64,000 nt of DNA. Source: an archaeon (GTDB taxonomy: Archaea; Nanobdellota; Nanobdellia; Pacearchaeales; GW2011-AR1). The stretch's first letter is position 1, and each line of letters opens with the position of its first letter. Position numbers and translations under genes: made by a program. Below, piece by piece: positions 1 through 9,002 of this stretch. The stretch spans positions 11,975-75,974 of the forward strand of contig JABHLR010000005.1 of the NCBI GenBank assembly GCA_018693315.1. Reading direction: 5' to 3'. The notes beneath the pieces were generated by a model. It did not search any database and was not told the DNA's origin. It was given only the letters and a program-made list of their open reading frames with translations.

Positions 1-109
1 CAATGCTTATGAATCCGAGAACGGAGAGTATTGCCAGGATTGTTATGAATGCCTTTGATAATTGGGTTTCTCTGTAGTGTGAAGTTGTGGCGATCTCTTT
101 TTTTATCAT
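1..109 (-). CDS. Partial membrane protein (runs off window start)
   Basis: ATG at 109 on minus strand reads MIKKEIATTSHYRETQLSKAFITILAILSVLGFISI..., open to the window edge; hydrophobic segment; TATA-like TTATAAA upstream. Confidence 0.5.
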   Translation of the reverse strand, partial: MIKKEIATTSHYRETQLSKAFITILAILSVLGFISI

Positions 110-192
110 GTTAGAATATGGGATGGGATGTTTATAAGTTTTTATTTTTGTATAATATATAAGCTTATATATTGAAATTTCTTTTATTTTTT

Positions 193-600
193 ATGTCTTA
201 TAAGTTTTTGGAGCACACGGCTGATGTGAAGTTTCGGGCGGAGGGTTCTAGTTTGGAGGAGATGTTTGTTGCTGCGGCTGCGGCTATGAACGAGACTGTT
301 CGTGGGGATATTAAGATTTTGGAGCAGGAGGAGAAGGGTTTTGAGGTTGAAGGGAAAGATCAAGTTGGGTTGTTGTATAATTTTTTGGAGGAGTTTTTGT
401 TTTTGTTGGATGCTGAGGATTTTTTGGTTGCTAAGGTTAAATCTGTTGAGATTGATGATAATAAGTTGAAGTGTGTTGTTGTTGGGGATGCGGCGAAGAA
501 TTATAAGTTTACGAATGATGTGAAGGCTGTGACTTATTCTGATATGTTTGTTAAAGAGAAAGGTGGTAAATTTGTTTGTGAAGTTGTGTTGGATGTATAA
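193..600 (+). CDS. Archease (RtcB cofactor, SHS2 fold)
   Basis: YKFLEHTADV N-terminal motif, VKAVTY motif, C-terminal VVLDV; rtcB nearby. Confidence 0.95.
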   Translation: MSYKFLEHTADVKFRAEGSSLEEMFVAAAAAMNETVRGDIKILEQEEKGFEVEGKDQVGLLYNFLEEFLFLLDAEDFLVAKVKSVEIDDNKLKCVVVGDAAKNYKFTNDVKAVTYSDMFVKEKGGKFVCEVVLDV

Positions 601-630
601 TTTTATATAGTATTCTTGGTAATTGTTTTT

Positions 631-2436
631 ATGAAGAAGAGTGGTATGTCTGCGATTGTTGCTGTAGTTTTGATTGTCTTGGTTACTGTTGTTGCGGTTG
701 GGGTTATTTGGGGTATGGTTATTCCTATGATTCAACAGGATTCAGGATTGGATACTTATGATGCTGATGTTATCATTAAGACGGATGGTGGATATACTTA
801 TTTTGATGAAGAAAAGGGTGTTGCTTGCGTGCAAGTTAAGAGGATTGGCGAAGGTAGGGGTTTGAGAAGGATTGATGTTTTGTTTAGTTATGATGGGGCG
901 ACGCTTGATGATAATGGGAATTTTTCAGGGGAAGAGTTGCCTGACGTTAACGGGATGAAGCAGAAGTGTTTTGATTTGACTAATATTATTGTTCAGGGTG
1001 CTGATGGAAAATATATTGCTCCGGATTCTATAACAATTGTGCCGATTTATTTTGATGGATCAAAGGAGATTGAGGGTACTGTCTCGAAGATTGACAGAGG
1101 TAGGGGGCTTACTTCAGGGAAATTTCTTGATTATGGGAGCGCTGAATCTGTTGGGGGATGTGAAGATGATAGCGGATGTTCGGCGGGGGTTTGCTACAAT
1201 GAGGCGTGTTATTCGGATATTATTGTTGGTGGTAAGGTAGATAATTGTTGGCAGTTGCAGAATATTAATTTGGGTTTGACTGAGGATTATATTTTAATGA
1301 AGGATCTTAATTGCTCAATGACTTCTACCTGGAACGGTGGCGATGGGTTTGACCCGATTGGAAATGATCCAAATGTATTTGCTGGGACTTTTGATGGACA
1401 AGGTTTTACGATAAGTGATTTGTATATCGATAGGCCTTCGGAGAATTATGTTGGGTTGTTTGGTTATGTTAGTGGTGGTGAAATAAAAAATGTTGGATTA
1501 GTTGATGTGATTATTCTTGGGGCTAACGATGTTGGCGGATTAGTTGGAGACAGTCATCAGTCTTTAATAGATAACTCTTATGTTACTGGAGCTGTAACTG
1601 GATCAAATAGTCGTGTAGGTGGATTGGTGGGTTATAGTCGTACAGCCTCTTTGGTAAATAACTCTTATGCGGCTGTAGAGGTAAGCGGGACGAGGGGTTT
1701 TACTGGCGGATTAGTAGGATATAATTATTATTCATCGGTAGATAATTCTTATGCAACTGGAACTGTGTTGGGAAGAGTTGCGCGTACAGGTGGATTGGTG
1801 GGCTATAGTCGTGAAGCGGCAATAGATAATTCTTATGCAACTGGAACTGTAGTTGGTGAAGCATATGTGGGGGGATTGGCCGGAGGTAATCAGAGGTCAT
1901 CAATAAATAATTCTTATGCTAGTGGGAATGTGCGAGGAGTTGATTACATTATAGGAGGATTAGTAGGTTATAATTCTCAATCGACAATAAATAACTCCTA
2001 TGCAATCGGAAATGTAGTTGGTGCAAAATCTACGGGCGGATTATCTGGAAATAATCATCAGGCCGCAATAATTAATTCTTATGCTATTGGAGATGTAAGC
2101 GGAACGGAATATGTAGGTGGGCTTGTGGGTAGTGCTGATTTTTATCCACCAATAAATAATTCTTATGCAACAGGGGCTGTGTCTGGAAGTCGCTATGTTG
2201 GGGGATTGGTAGGGGGCAGTAGTAGTGGTTCCACTCTTATAATCAGTGATTCTTATTGGAATAATCATTATTATAATCCTTCTGTTGGTTGTGGGAATTC
2301 TTGTGACGCTGTTATAATGGCTATTAGTGACGATGAAGGTTGGTTTTATGTTGAGGCTAATGCCCCTATGAATGCATGGAGCAGTTCGGCCTGGACCTGG
2401 TCTGGAACGGGTTATCCAAAACTTATTTGGGAATGA
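631..2436 (+). CDS. Pilin-like (class III signal peptide) surface protein with GLUG-repeat domain
   Basis: MKKSG|MSAIVAVVLIVLVTVV class III-like signal; many VGGLVG..NSYATG repeats; GFDPIG..FAGTFDGQG motif typical of GLUG proteins. Confidence 0.8.
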   Translation: MKKSGMSAIVAVVLIVLVTVVAVGVIWGMVIPMIQQDSGLDTYDADVIIKTDGGYTYFDEEKGVACVQVKRIGEGRGLRRIDVLFSYDGATLDDNGNFSGEELPDVNGMKQKCFDLTNIIVQGADGKYIAPDSITIVPIYFDGSKEIEGTVSKIDRGRGLTSGKFLDYGSAESVGGCEDDSGCSAGVCYNEACYSDIIVGGKVDNCWQLQNINLGLTEDYILMKDLNCSMTSTWNGGDGFDPIGNDPNVFAGTFDGQGFTISDLYIDRPSENYVGLFGYVSGGEIKNVGLVDVIILGANDVGGLVGDSHQSLIDNSYVTGAVTGSNSRVGGLVGYSRTASLVNNSYAAVEVSGTRGFTGGLVGYNYYSSVDNSYATGTVLGRVARTGGLVGYSREAAIDNSYATGTVVGEAYVGGLAGGNQRSSINNSYASGNVRGVDYIIGGLVGYNSQSTINNSYAIGNVVGAKSTGGLSGNNHQAAIINSYAIGDVSGTEYVGGLVGSADFYPPINNSYATGAVSGSRYVGGLVGGSSSGSTLIISDSYWNNHYYNPSVGCGNSCDAVIMAISDDEGWFYVEANAPMNAWSSSAWTWSGTGYPKLIWE

Positions 2437-2479
2437 TTTGATAGTTAGTTTTATATAATTTCTTTTGGTTTTTGTTGAT

Positions 2480-3880
2480 ATGGATTTGAAGAAGATTTCG
2501 GATGTTGAGTGGGAGATTCCTGTCGAGGATGGGATGTTGGTTCCTGGTCGGGTTTTTGCTAGCGAGGAGCTTATAAAAAATATTAAGGGTGATAAAAGTT
2601 TGGAGCAGATTAAGAATGTGGCGAAGTTGCCTGGGATTTTGAGGGCGAGTTATGCTATGCCGGATATGCATCAGGGTTATGGTTTTCCGATTGGGGGGGT
2701 TGCGGCTTTTGATGTTGATAAGGGCGTGATTAGTCCTGGGGGAGTTGGATATGATATTAATTGTTCGGTTCGATTGTTGAAGACTAATTTGACTGAGGCT
2801 GATTTGAAAGGAAAGGAGCAGGAGATCGCTCATTCTTTGTTTAGGACTATTCCTTCTGGAGTTGGTCGAGGTGGGGATTTGAAATTGAGTGATGATGAAT
2901 TGGATGAGGTTTTGGTTGGTGGTGCGCAGTGGGCTGTTGAGAAGGGTTATGGTAAGGATGATGATTGGAAGCATATTGAGGATGAGGGGAAATTGGGTGG
3001 AGCTGAGCCGAAGTTTGTTAGTGGTAGAGCCAAGGGTAGAGGTCGAGGGCAGTTAGGCAGCCTTGGAGCTGGGAATCATTTTTTGGATGTGTTGATTGTT
3101 GATGAGGTTTTTGATAAACGAGTTGCTGAGATTTTTGGATTGGAGAAGGGGCAGGTTGTGATGCTGATTCATTGTGGTTCGCGAGGATTGGGTCATCAGG
3201 TTGCTTCGGATTATATTAAGGCGATGGAGGACGAGTATGGGGTTCCTGAGTATGATCGTGAGTTGGTGAATGCTCCGATTAAGAGTGAGCTTGGGAGGAA
3301 GTATTTGGGTGCGATGAATTGTGCTGCGAATTTTGCCTATGCTAATAAGCAGTTGATTACGCATTTTGTTCGGGAGAATATGAAGAATTATTTTGCGGAT
3401 TTTGAGGCAGAGGTTGTTTATGATATTTGTCATAATATTGCTAAGTTTGAGAAATTTGAAGATAAGGAAGTTTTGGTTATGAGAAAGGGGGCTACTAGGA
3501 GTTTTGGTCCCGGGAGGGAAGAGATTCCTGAGGATTATAGGACAGTTGGGCAGCCTGTTTTGTTGCCTGGTTCGATGGGGACGGCGTCGTATGTTTTAGT
3601 TGGAACTAAAAAGGCGGAGGAGATTTCTTGGGGCTCAACTGCTCATGGTGCTGGTCGGGCAAAGAGTCGTACTCAGGCTAAGAGAGATATAACGTTTGAA
3701 GAGGCTAGGAAGGATATGGCTAAGCGTGGGATTGTTGTTGAGTTTGGCGGGCAGAAGGGAATGGTTGAAGAGTCACCGTTTTCGTATAAGGATGTTGATG
3801 AGGTTGTTAGGGTTAGTGATGAGGCTGGGATTGGGAAACGAGTTGCTAAGTTACGTCCTGTTATGGTTGTTATTGGATAA
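2480..3880 (+). CDS. rtcB: RNA-splicing ligase RtcB
   Basis: MPDMHQGYGFPIGGV, GVGYDINC, GSLGAGNHF, HCGSRG, HNIA, STAHGAGR motifs. Confidence 0.97.
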   Translation: MDLKKISDVEWEIPVEDGMLVPGRVFASEELIKNIKGDKSLEQIKNVAKLPGILRASYAMPDMHQGYGFPIGGVAAFDVDKGVISPGGVGYDINCSVRLLKTNLTEADLKGKEQEIAHSLFRTIPSGVGRGGDLKLSDDELDEVLVGGAQWAVEKGYGKDDDWKHIEDEGKLGGAEPKFVSGRAKGRGRGQLGSLGAGNHFLDVLIVDEVFDKRVAEIFGLEKGQVVMLIHCGSRGLGHQVASDYIKAMEDEYGVPEYDRELVNAPIKSELGRKYLGAMNCAANFAYANKQLITHFVRENMKNYFADFEAEVVYDICHNIAKFEKFEDKEVLVMRKGATRSFGPGREEIPEDYRTVGQPVLLPGSMGTASYVLVGTKKAEEISWGSTAHGAGRAKSRTQAKRDITFEEARKDMAKRGIVVEFGGQKGMVEESPFSYKDVDEVVRVSDEAGIGKRVAKLRPVMVVIG

Positions 3881-3913
3881 TTATATAAAGTGGTTTGTTT
3901 TTAGTAATTTAAG

Positions 3914-4297
3914 ATGGTGAAGTTTAGTTTAGAGGTTGGGAAGAAAGATTTGATGTGGGTTGTGCCTGTAATTTTAGTTTTGGGTGTTGGGTTTGCTTTT
4001 GCTTTTGGTGGGAATACTCCGGACGTTATGGGGCATAGTTCTGAGGAGATTGTAGTTGATGATGCGTTTTGTACTAAGATAATGGGGCATGAGTGTGGAG
4101 TTGATAATGAGGGTACTGCTACTTCTGGGGTTACGTCTCCCGCGTGTACTTTTTGTCAGACCTGTGGTGGTTCTTGGCCTAGTTATCAAGGGACCTTTGT
4201 AGACTATGAAAATATTGCCAGATATAGAGGGGCGAGTTGTTCGGGATCGTGGAATTTTAATGGCGCGCTTAATCATCCGCATTTGTGTTGTAAATAA
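3914..4297 (+). CDS. Small secreted/membrane-anchored Cys-rich protein
   Basis: Hydrophobic N-terminal helix, GHSSEEI motif, 8 Cys including CTFCQTC and terminal LCCK. Confidence 0.65.
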   Translation: MVKFSLEVGKKDLMWVVPVILVLGVGFAFAFGGNTPDVMGHSSEEIVVDDAFCTKIMGHECGVDNEGTATSGVTSPACTFCQTCGGSWPSYQGTFVDYENIARYRGASCSGSWNFNGALNHPHLCCK

Positions 4298-4352
4298 GTG
4301 CTCTGGAAAATTGGTTAGTTAATTATATAAAGTACTTTGTTGTCTGTTGGTT

Positions 4353-5708
4353 ATGAAAAAGTTTGGTGTGATTGTTTTTGCTTTAGTGTTAGTCTTTAGT
4401 TTCGGGTTTGTTGCGGCTGCAAGCTGTGGTGTTAGCGACGATAGTCAGTTGATTATGAGATTGTATCAGGAGAATAATTCTCATGGTGCTCTTTGGAATG
4501 ATACTAATGGTTATGATGTTGAGATTTGTGTGCCTGAGGGTGTGGATGTTGGAGATCATGTTTCTGGATTTAAGTTGTATTTGAGTGATGTGTTTAATGG
4601 GCATGTTTCTAATGTATCGGATGCTGTTTATGATCAGGTTGTTGGTTTTGGTGATAATTTAAATTGCGAATATGTTGAAGGTGATTGCCCTGAGGGATTT
4701 GGGTGTGTTGTGACTTTGTCCGCTGCTACTAATGCTCATCTTGCGACATGTGGTGCTGGTGCTTATTCAAATAAAGTTTGTTGTGGAGGTAGTGAAATTA
4801 TGTGGGCAGATATGAATGGCGATCTGATTAATAGTGCTGATTTGGGAGATACTGTTCAGATGATTAAGACTTATGCTGGCTCTGGAAGTTTTGATATTTT
4901 TGAGAATGATGATAGCCTTTTTGAGTTTCTTGTTGATGTTGATGATGAGATTAGGACTGGTCTTGTTGGTGATGATGTTGGTAGTAATTTGGTTGGGAAA
5001 TGGACGATAACTCGAGAAGATTTGGGAAGGACAGAGTATGGTGATTATACTGAATTTAGATTTATTGTCGACGGTGAAACAAGTGAGGCTTTGAATATTA
5101 ATCCAAAGAGGAATGATTCTAAGATGATTATTAGTATTGAGGATCCGGCTTGTGGGAGTTCTTTTGATGTTGGTGGTCCCTCTAGGCAGATTGGAGTTAT
5201 TGCTAATGATGTCGATGATGAGATTGTTGGGTCTTTGAGTGTTTTGGGTGTTGAGGTTGATACTTTTGGTAATGAGGAAGTTCTTTTGGATCATCCATTT
5301 GGTGTTCCTGGTAATGTGCAGATTATTGCTGAGGCGAATAATACTCGAGGGAAGATATCGCGGTCGGTTTCGAGTGTGATGGTTTTGGATAGGACTGTTG
5401 ATGGTAAATATTCTGCGGCTTGTATTGATAGGCCTAGGAATTTTGAGGATTTTGATGGGAATAGTATTGCGATTGATGCTTCGACGAGTCGGGCTGTTAG
5501 AGTTACTAATGGTGGGACTACAGCGACAGTGATTGTACCTGGAGATCCTGGTTTGAATTGGTATTGGACTTTTTCAAGAAGAGATGGTAATCATGAGATT
5601 AGGAATGTTTTAGGTGTTGCCGGAGAGGAGCTTATTGCTTATAATTTTACTGCTGAGTTTCCTAGTTCTGGAAATAATTGGGCTACGTTGGGATTGGATT
5701 TGGTTTAG
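4353..5708 (+). CDS. Secreted surface protein: Cys-rich N-domain plus ~300-aa C-terminal module shared with 9003..12527
   Basis: Signal peptide MKKFGVIVFALVLVFSFGFVAA; TNAH/KVCC Cys-rich region; C-terminal part from SEIMWADMNGD is paralogous to 9003..12527. Confidence 0.8.
   Translation: MKKFGVIVFALVLVFSFGFVAAASCGVSDDSQLIMRLYQENNSHGALWNDTNGYDVEICVPEGVDVGDHVSGFKLYLSDVFNGHVSNVSDAVYDQVVGFGDNLNCEYVEGDCPEGFGCVVTLSAATNAHLATCGAGAYSNKVCCGGSEIMWADMNGDLINSADLGDTVQMIKTYAGSGSFDIFENDDSLFEFLVDVDDEIRTGLVGDDVGSNLVGKWTITREDLGRTEYGDYTEFRFIVDGETSEALNINPKRNDSKMIISIEDPACGSSFDVGGPSRQIGVIANDVDDEIVGSLSVLGVEVDTFGNEEVLLDHPFGVPGNVQIIAEANNTRGKISRSVSSVMVLDRTVDGKYSAACIDRPRNFEDFDGNSIAIDASTSRAVRVTNGGTTATVIVPGDPGLNWYWTFSRRDGNHEIRNVLGVAGEELIAYNFTAEFPSSGNNWATLGLDLV
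5302..5708 (+). repeat. Direct repeat copy 1 (407 bp, ~97% identical to 12121..12527)
   Basis: By-eye alignment at offset 6819 gives about 13 mismatches; weaker similarity extends upstream to ~4792 vs ~11625. Confidence 0.95.
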
Positions 5709-5740
5709 TGTTACCACTTAGAGATTACAGTAATAGAAAG

Positions 5741-5750
5741 TTTTTTAAAT
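5741..5750 (+). promoter_or_regulatory. Putative archaeal BRE/TATA promoter at the left edge of the foreign unit
   Basis: AGAAAG-TTTTTTAAAT; the composition switch begins ~22 nt downstream, near the expected TSS. Confidence 0.45.
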
Positions 5751-6023
5751 TGGATTTTGCTTGTGATTTTAACAATAAACAACCAAAGATAACTACGATC
5801 GACAACTCATCCTCTGGATGGCGACACACAACAAATTGTTATCAAAAATGAACTCAAAATGACTTCATTCGTACCCGAAATATCTCGTGATATTTTGTAG
5901 GTGAATGGAATACCTGTCATTAGGCGTTGATGCCTTATAATTGAGATTCATAGTTTTTCTATATAGTGTTAACCGGATTAGATGGTTTTGGTTCGGAATA
6001 CCTTCTTTTGAAAGGAGATTGGT

Positions 6024-6473
6024 ATGAATATGCAGTTTTTAGCGACGATGGTGTTGAACGAAAAGGTGATGACTTTCCTGCTCACCTATACCATTGTGTT
6101 CATGGCAGTGGTAGTTTTGACCTCTAAGATTTCATCAATTGTCGCGTTTGTTTCCGCGATTATCGTTCCTTGCTTGTTTTGGAACGGAACTTCTGAAGAG
6201 TTCGCGAGGTATAATCTCAGTTGTAAATTAGATGGCCAGGTCTTCTTCGTGTTCAATTGTATTCTTACGATTATAGGGGTGTTTTATTCTGCCTCCTGTT
6301 ATCGGATTGAGCAAGTAGATAAGAGGCTGGATGCTGCAGGCATTGAACGTCCCGAGACGATTTGGGAAAAGATAGGCCGAGCTTTGAGCTGCGATGAGGA
6401 TGCCGTTGATTCTGCGACTGGTTGGGCAGATAAATTGTCTGATTCGCAGACAGAGGTTAGTGAAGAACAATAA
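6024..6473 (+). CDS. Membrane protein (2-3 TM), foreign composition
   Basis: Hydrophobic segments; Shine-Dalgarno AAAGGAG 6 nt upstream; more C-ending codons than flanking genes. Confidence 0.65.
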   Translation: MNMQFLATMVLNEKVMTFLLTYTIVFMAVVVLTSKISSIVAFVSAIIVPCLFWNGTSEEFARYNLSCKLDGQVFFVFNCILTIIGVFYSASCYRIEQVDKRLDAAGIERPETIWEKIGRALSCDEDAVDSATGWADKLSDSQTEVSEEQ

Positions 6474-6528
6474 TTCTCGCTTTGTAATGCGAGATTCGAG
6501 TAAGAAACGTCTTTGAAAGGACAGAACG

Positions 6529-7200
6529 ATGAAACGTAGAATGATGATGACGATGCTTATTGGGGCTCTGTTGCTTGGAGCCGGAACTATCGAGACGGTC
6601 GAGGCGGCGGTTATTGTGAGCAGTTTTCAGGATTTGATTCCTGGAGTCGGCGAGTCGGGAGTTGTTGTAAATTCGATGCATATGGACATTAATTATGACA
6701 CTGGAGTTTTGGACAATCTGAAGGTCAGAGACCTGGACACTGGTGTCGATTCGGTAGTTGACGAAATTGGCGTTTGGCACCTTGGGCCCTATAAAAAGGT
6801 CTCAGGCGAATTCGTTTTTGGTGCTTTTGCCAACAACGACAACTGGGTTGCTGATATTGGCCCCGGACAAGCCGGTTGGCTTGATGGATATGCCTATGAC
6901 AGTGTTTTTTCCGAAGGGGAAAGTCCCGACGGTATGCTGTTGGTATTCGATCCTGATGGCGGACAGATGGCCTTGTCGTTTTCTACCGGTCCCCTGGTGT
7001 TTGATGCGAATACGACGCTGTACTGGTTGGACTCTCTCGAGCTTGATGGCTCGATTGGAGATGCCAGTGCTCTTGTGTTCTCATTTGGCCCGAGTGATGT
7101 CCGTATTCCGACTGCCGTCGTCGTACCGGAACCCGCAACCCTGACGCTACTCGCTGTAGGCGGACTGGTCGTTTTGCGCCGTCGCCGATCTCGGAAGTAA
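6529..7200 (+). CDS. PEP-CTERM sorting-domain protein (bacterial type)
   Basis: Signal peptide ending VEA-A; C-terminus VPEPATLTLLAVGGLVVLRRRRSRK (PEP + TM + Arg cluster); SD GAAAGGA; visibly higher GC. Confidence 0.92.
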   Translation: MKRRMMMTMLIGALLLGAGTIETVEAAVIVSSFQDLIPGVGESGVVVNSMHMDINYDTGVLDNLKVRDLDTGVDSVVDEIGVWHLGPYKKVSGEFVFGAFANNDNWVADIGPGQAGWLDGYAYDSVFSEGESPDGMLLVFDPDGGQMALSFSTGPLVFDANTTLYWLDSLELDGSIGDASALVFSFGPSDVRIPTAVVVPEPATLTLLAVGGLVVLRRRRSRK

Positions 7201-7227
7201 CGGAAGCCGCATGGGACGGATCCTCGT

Positions 7228-7275
7228 AAAAGGCTTTGTGTATAAGAGACGCTTTCTTATGCACAAGCCTTTTTT
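7228..7275 (+). terminator. Intrinsic terminator-like hairpin with T-tract
   Basis: AAAAGGCTTTGTGTATAAGAGA-cgc-TTTCTTATGCACAAGCCTTTTTT, long imperfect stem directly after the PEP-CTERM gene. Confidence 0.75.
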
Positions 7276-7374
7276 ATTTCTTAAAATGGTTACCAATGGT
7301 TACCAGTCTTTGGTGTGTGGTTTTTGGGGTGGTCGAGGGGCGCTCAAAATGTTTATAAAGTTGTGATATGTTGG

Positions 7375-8973
7375 ATGGATATGAGGTGGGCTGTAATTGT
7401 TTTGCTTGGAGTTTTTTTATTTAGTTTTGCTAGTGCATTAGATACTAGTGATTGTGATGATAGCATGGTAGCTTATTGGCAGTTTGAGGATAGTTTGGTA
7501 GATGGTTATGGGAGTCATGATGGAGGAAGTTGGAGCGGGGTTTCTGCTTATGGCGCAGTCTTAAGTACAGGTCTCGGTGCTTCTTTTGCTGGGAGTAGTA
7601 ATGTTACTATTGATGATGCAACTGATTTGAGGTTTTCTTCATCCTTCACAATTGAGATGTGGGTTGAGGCTACTGATTCTGGAATTATATTTGAAAAAGG
7701 AAATTATAAAATTGAATGGATAAAAGGTAGTGGTCTCCCAGCTCCTAATAATATTAGAGTGAGTGTCGGCAATGTAGTTCTTGATTCTGAAACTATAAGT
7801 GCTAGTGTTCCTCATTATGTTGCGGTGGTTTGGGATGCTGGGTCGGCGGAGAATTTGAGTCTTTATGTTGATGGTGTTTCTGTTAGTGGGACTTTGACGG
7901 GGGCGAGTGATGCGACAACTGATTTGGTTCTTGGTTATGGTTTTAAGGGTTTGATTGATGAGCTTGCGATTTATAGTAGGGCGCTTAGTGCTAGTGAGCT
8001 TGGTTTGCATCGTGGGCTTACGAATGCGGGGAAGGATTATTGTGATTTGTCTGGGGCTGGTGGGACTTCTGTTACTAGAACTGATTTTAGTGTTAATGGA
8101 TGTACTTTTGTTGGTTCTAATGGTCTCAATGTTGATGTGTCGAGGGGGAAGTGTTCTATTGATCCTAATTATGGTGAGTTTTATTGTGATGATGATCTTT
8201 TTCCTTGGATTACTTCGGAAGTTGGGTTAGGTTGTGCTATGGGAAATAGTGATTATGATACTACTAATAATGATAGTTTTTGTTGTCCGCATGGGTATTT
8301 CTGTAATGAGACTACTAGCGGTGGAGAGTTTAGGTGTAGTCTTCGTCCTGAGACTTGTGCGGAGCAGTTGACACAAACGGATTGTAATGCTGTTGATATT
8401 GGATGTATTTGGTTTGATGGAGTTTGTATTGAGGGACTTGGAGATTTTGATTGTGGTTATTACGAAAAGGGTGTGGATGCAGCGAACGAGGAGATTGCCT
8501 GTAATGCTGATAGGTTTAATCTTAGTAAGGTTGGTATAGGGACCGGGATGTGTGGTGAGACAATACAGTGTGCTGATGAGACGTATTCGATTCCTGTGGA
8601 TAATTGTGCTTGTGCGTGGTATGATGGTGCTGATGATGGAAAGAAGTGTCAGGTTAAGTTGGTTGCTATGCAGTTTTTCCATCAGACTGGTGTAGATCCA
8701 AATAGTTTTTCGTGTTCTAGCTCTTATGAACTTGGTCCTTGTGAGGGTGGGCAGCAGCTTGTGAACTGGACATCTCAGGTTCCTGTGGCGGATTTAATTG
8801 GGTTTACTTTAGGTGATGAGAATCTTACTAAATGCCTTACTGCTATAGGTTGTGATAGCGATAGTGATATTAGAAGTTGTGGTGAGCCGATAATTAAGTT
8901 GCCTGGGTTTAGTTTGTTTGCTTTTTTTGCGTCTTTGTTTATTGTCGGGATGTATTATTATTTTAGGGAATAA
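7375..8973 (+). CDS. LamG/concanavalin-like, Cys-rich surface protein with PGF-CTERM-like anchor
   Basis: Signal peptide; MVAYWQFE..FTIEMWV..LYVDG..FKGLIDELAIYSRALSASE LamG_3 pattern; C-terminus KLPGFSLFAFFASLFIVGMYYYFRE. Confidence 0.8.
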   Translation: MDMRWAVIVLLGVFLFSFASALDTSDCDDSMVAYWQFEDSLVDGYGSHDGGSWSGVSAYGAVLSTGLGASFAGSSNVTIDDATDLRFSSSFTIEMWVEATDSGIIFEKGNYKIEWIKGSGLPAPNNIRVSVGNVVLDSETISASVPHYVAVVWDAGSAENLSLYVDGVSVSGTLTGASDATTDLVLGYGFKGLIDELAIYSRALSASELGLHRGLTNAGKDYCDLSGAGGTSVTRTDFSVNGCTFVGSNGLNVDVSRGKCSIDPNYGEFYCDDDLFPWITSEVGLGCAMGNSDYDTTNNDSFCCPHGYFCNETTSGGEFRCSLRPETCAEQLTQTDCNAVDIGCIWFDGVCIEGLGDFDCGYYEKGVDAANEEIACNADRFNLSKVGIGTGMCGETIQCADETYSIPVDNCACAWYDGADDGKKCQVKLVAMQFFHQTGVDPNSFSCSSSYELGPCEGGQQLVNWTSQVPVADLIGFTLGDENLTKCLTAIGCDSDSDIRSCGEPIIKLPGFSLFAFFASLFIVGMYYYFRE

Positions 8974-9002
8974 TTTAAATAGGTAATTGGGTTGTGTTGT
9001 TT

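Noticed and set aside
1500-2230. Repeated AATTCTTATGC / GGATTAGT motifs as a DNA repeat array
   Set aside because: They are explained by GLUG protein repeats.
7237-7250. TGTGTATAAGAGAC matches 14 nt of the Tn5/Nextera mosaic end
   Set aside because: It is one arm of a hairpin whose complementary arm is present, and the rest of the 19-mer is absent. Probably coincidence, though reads should be checked because it lies near the island edge.
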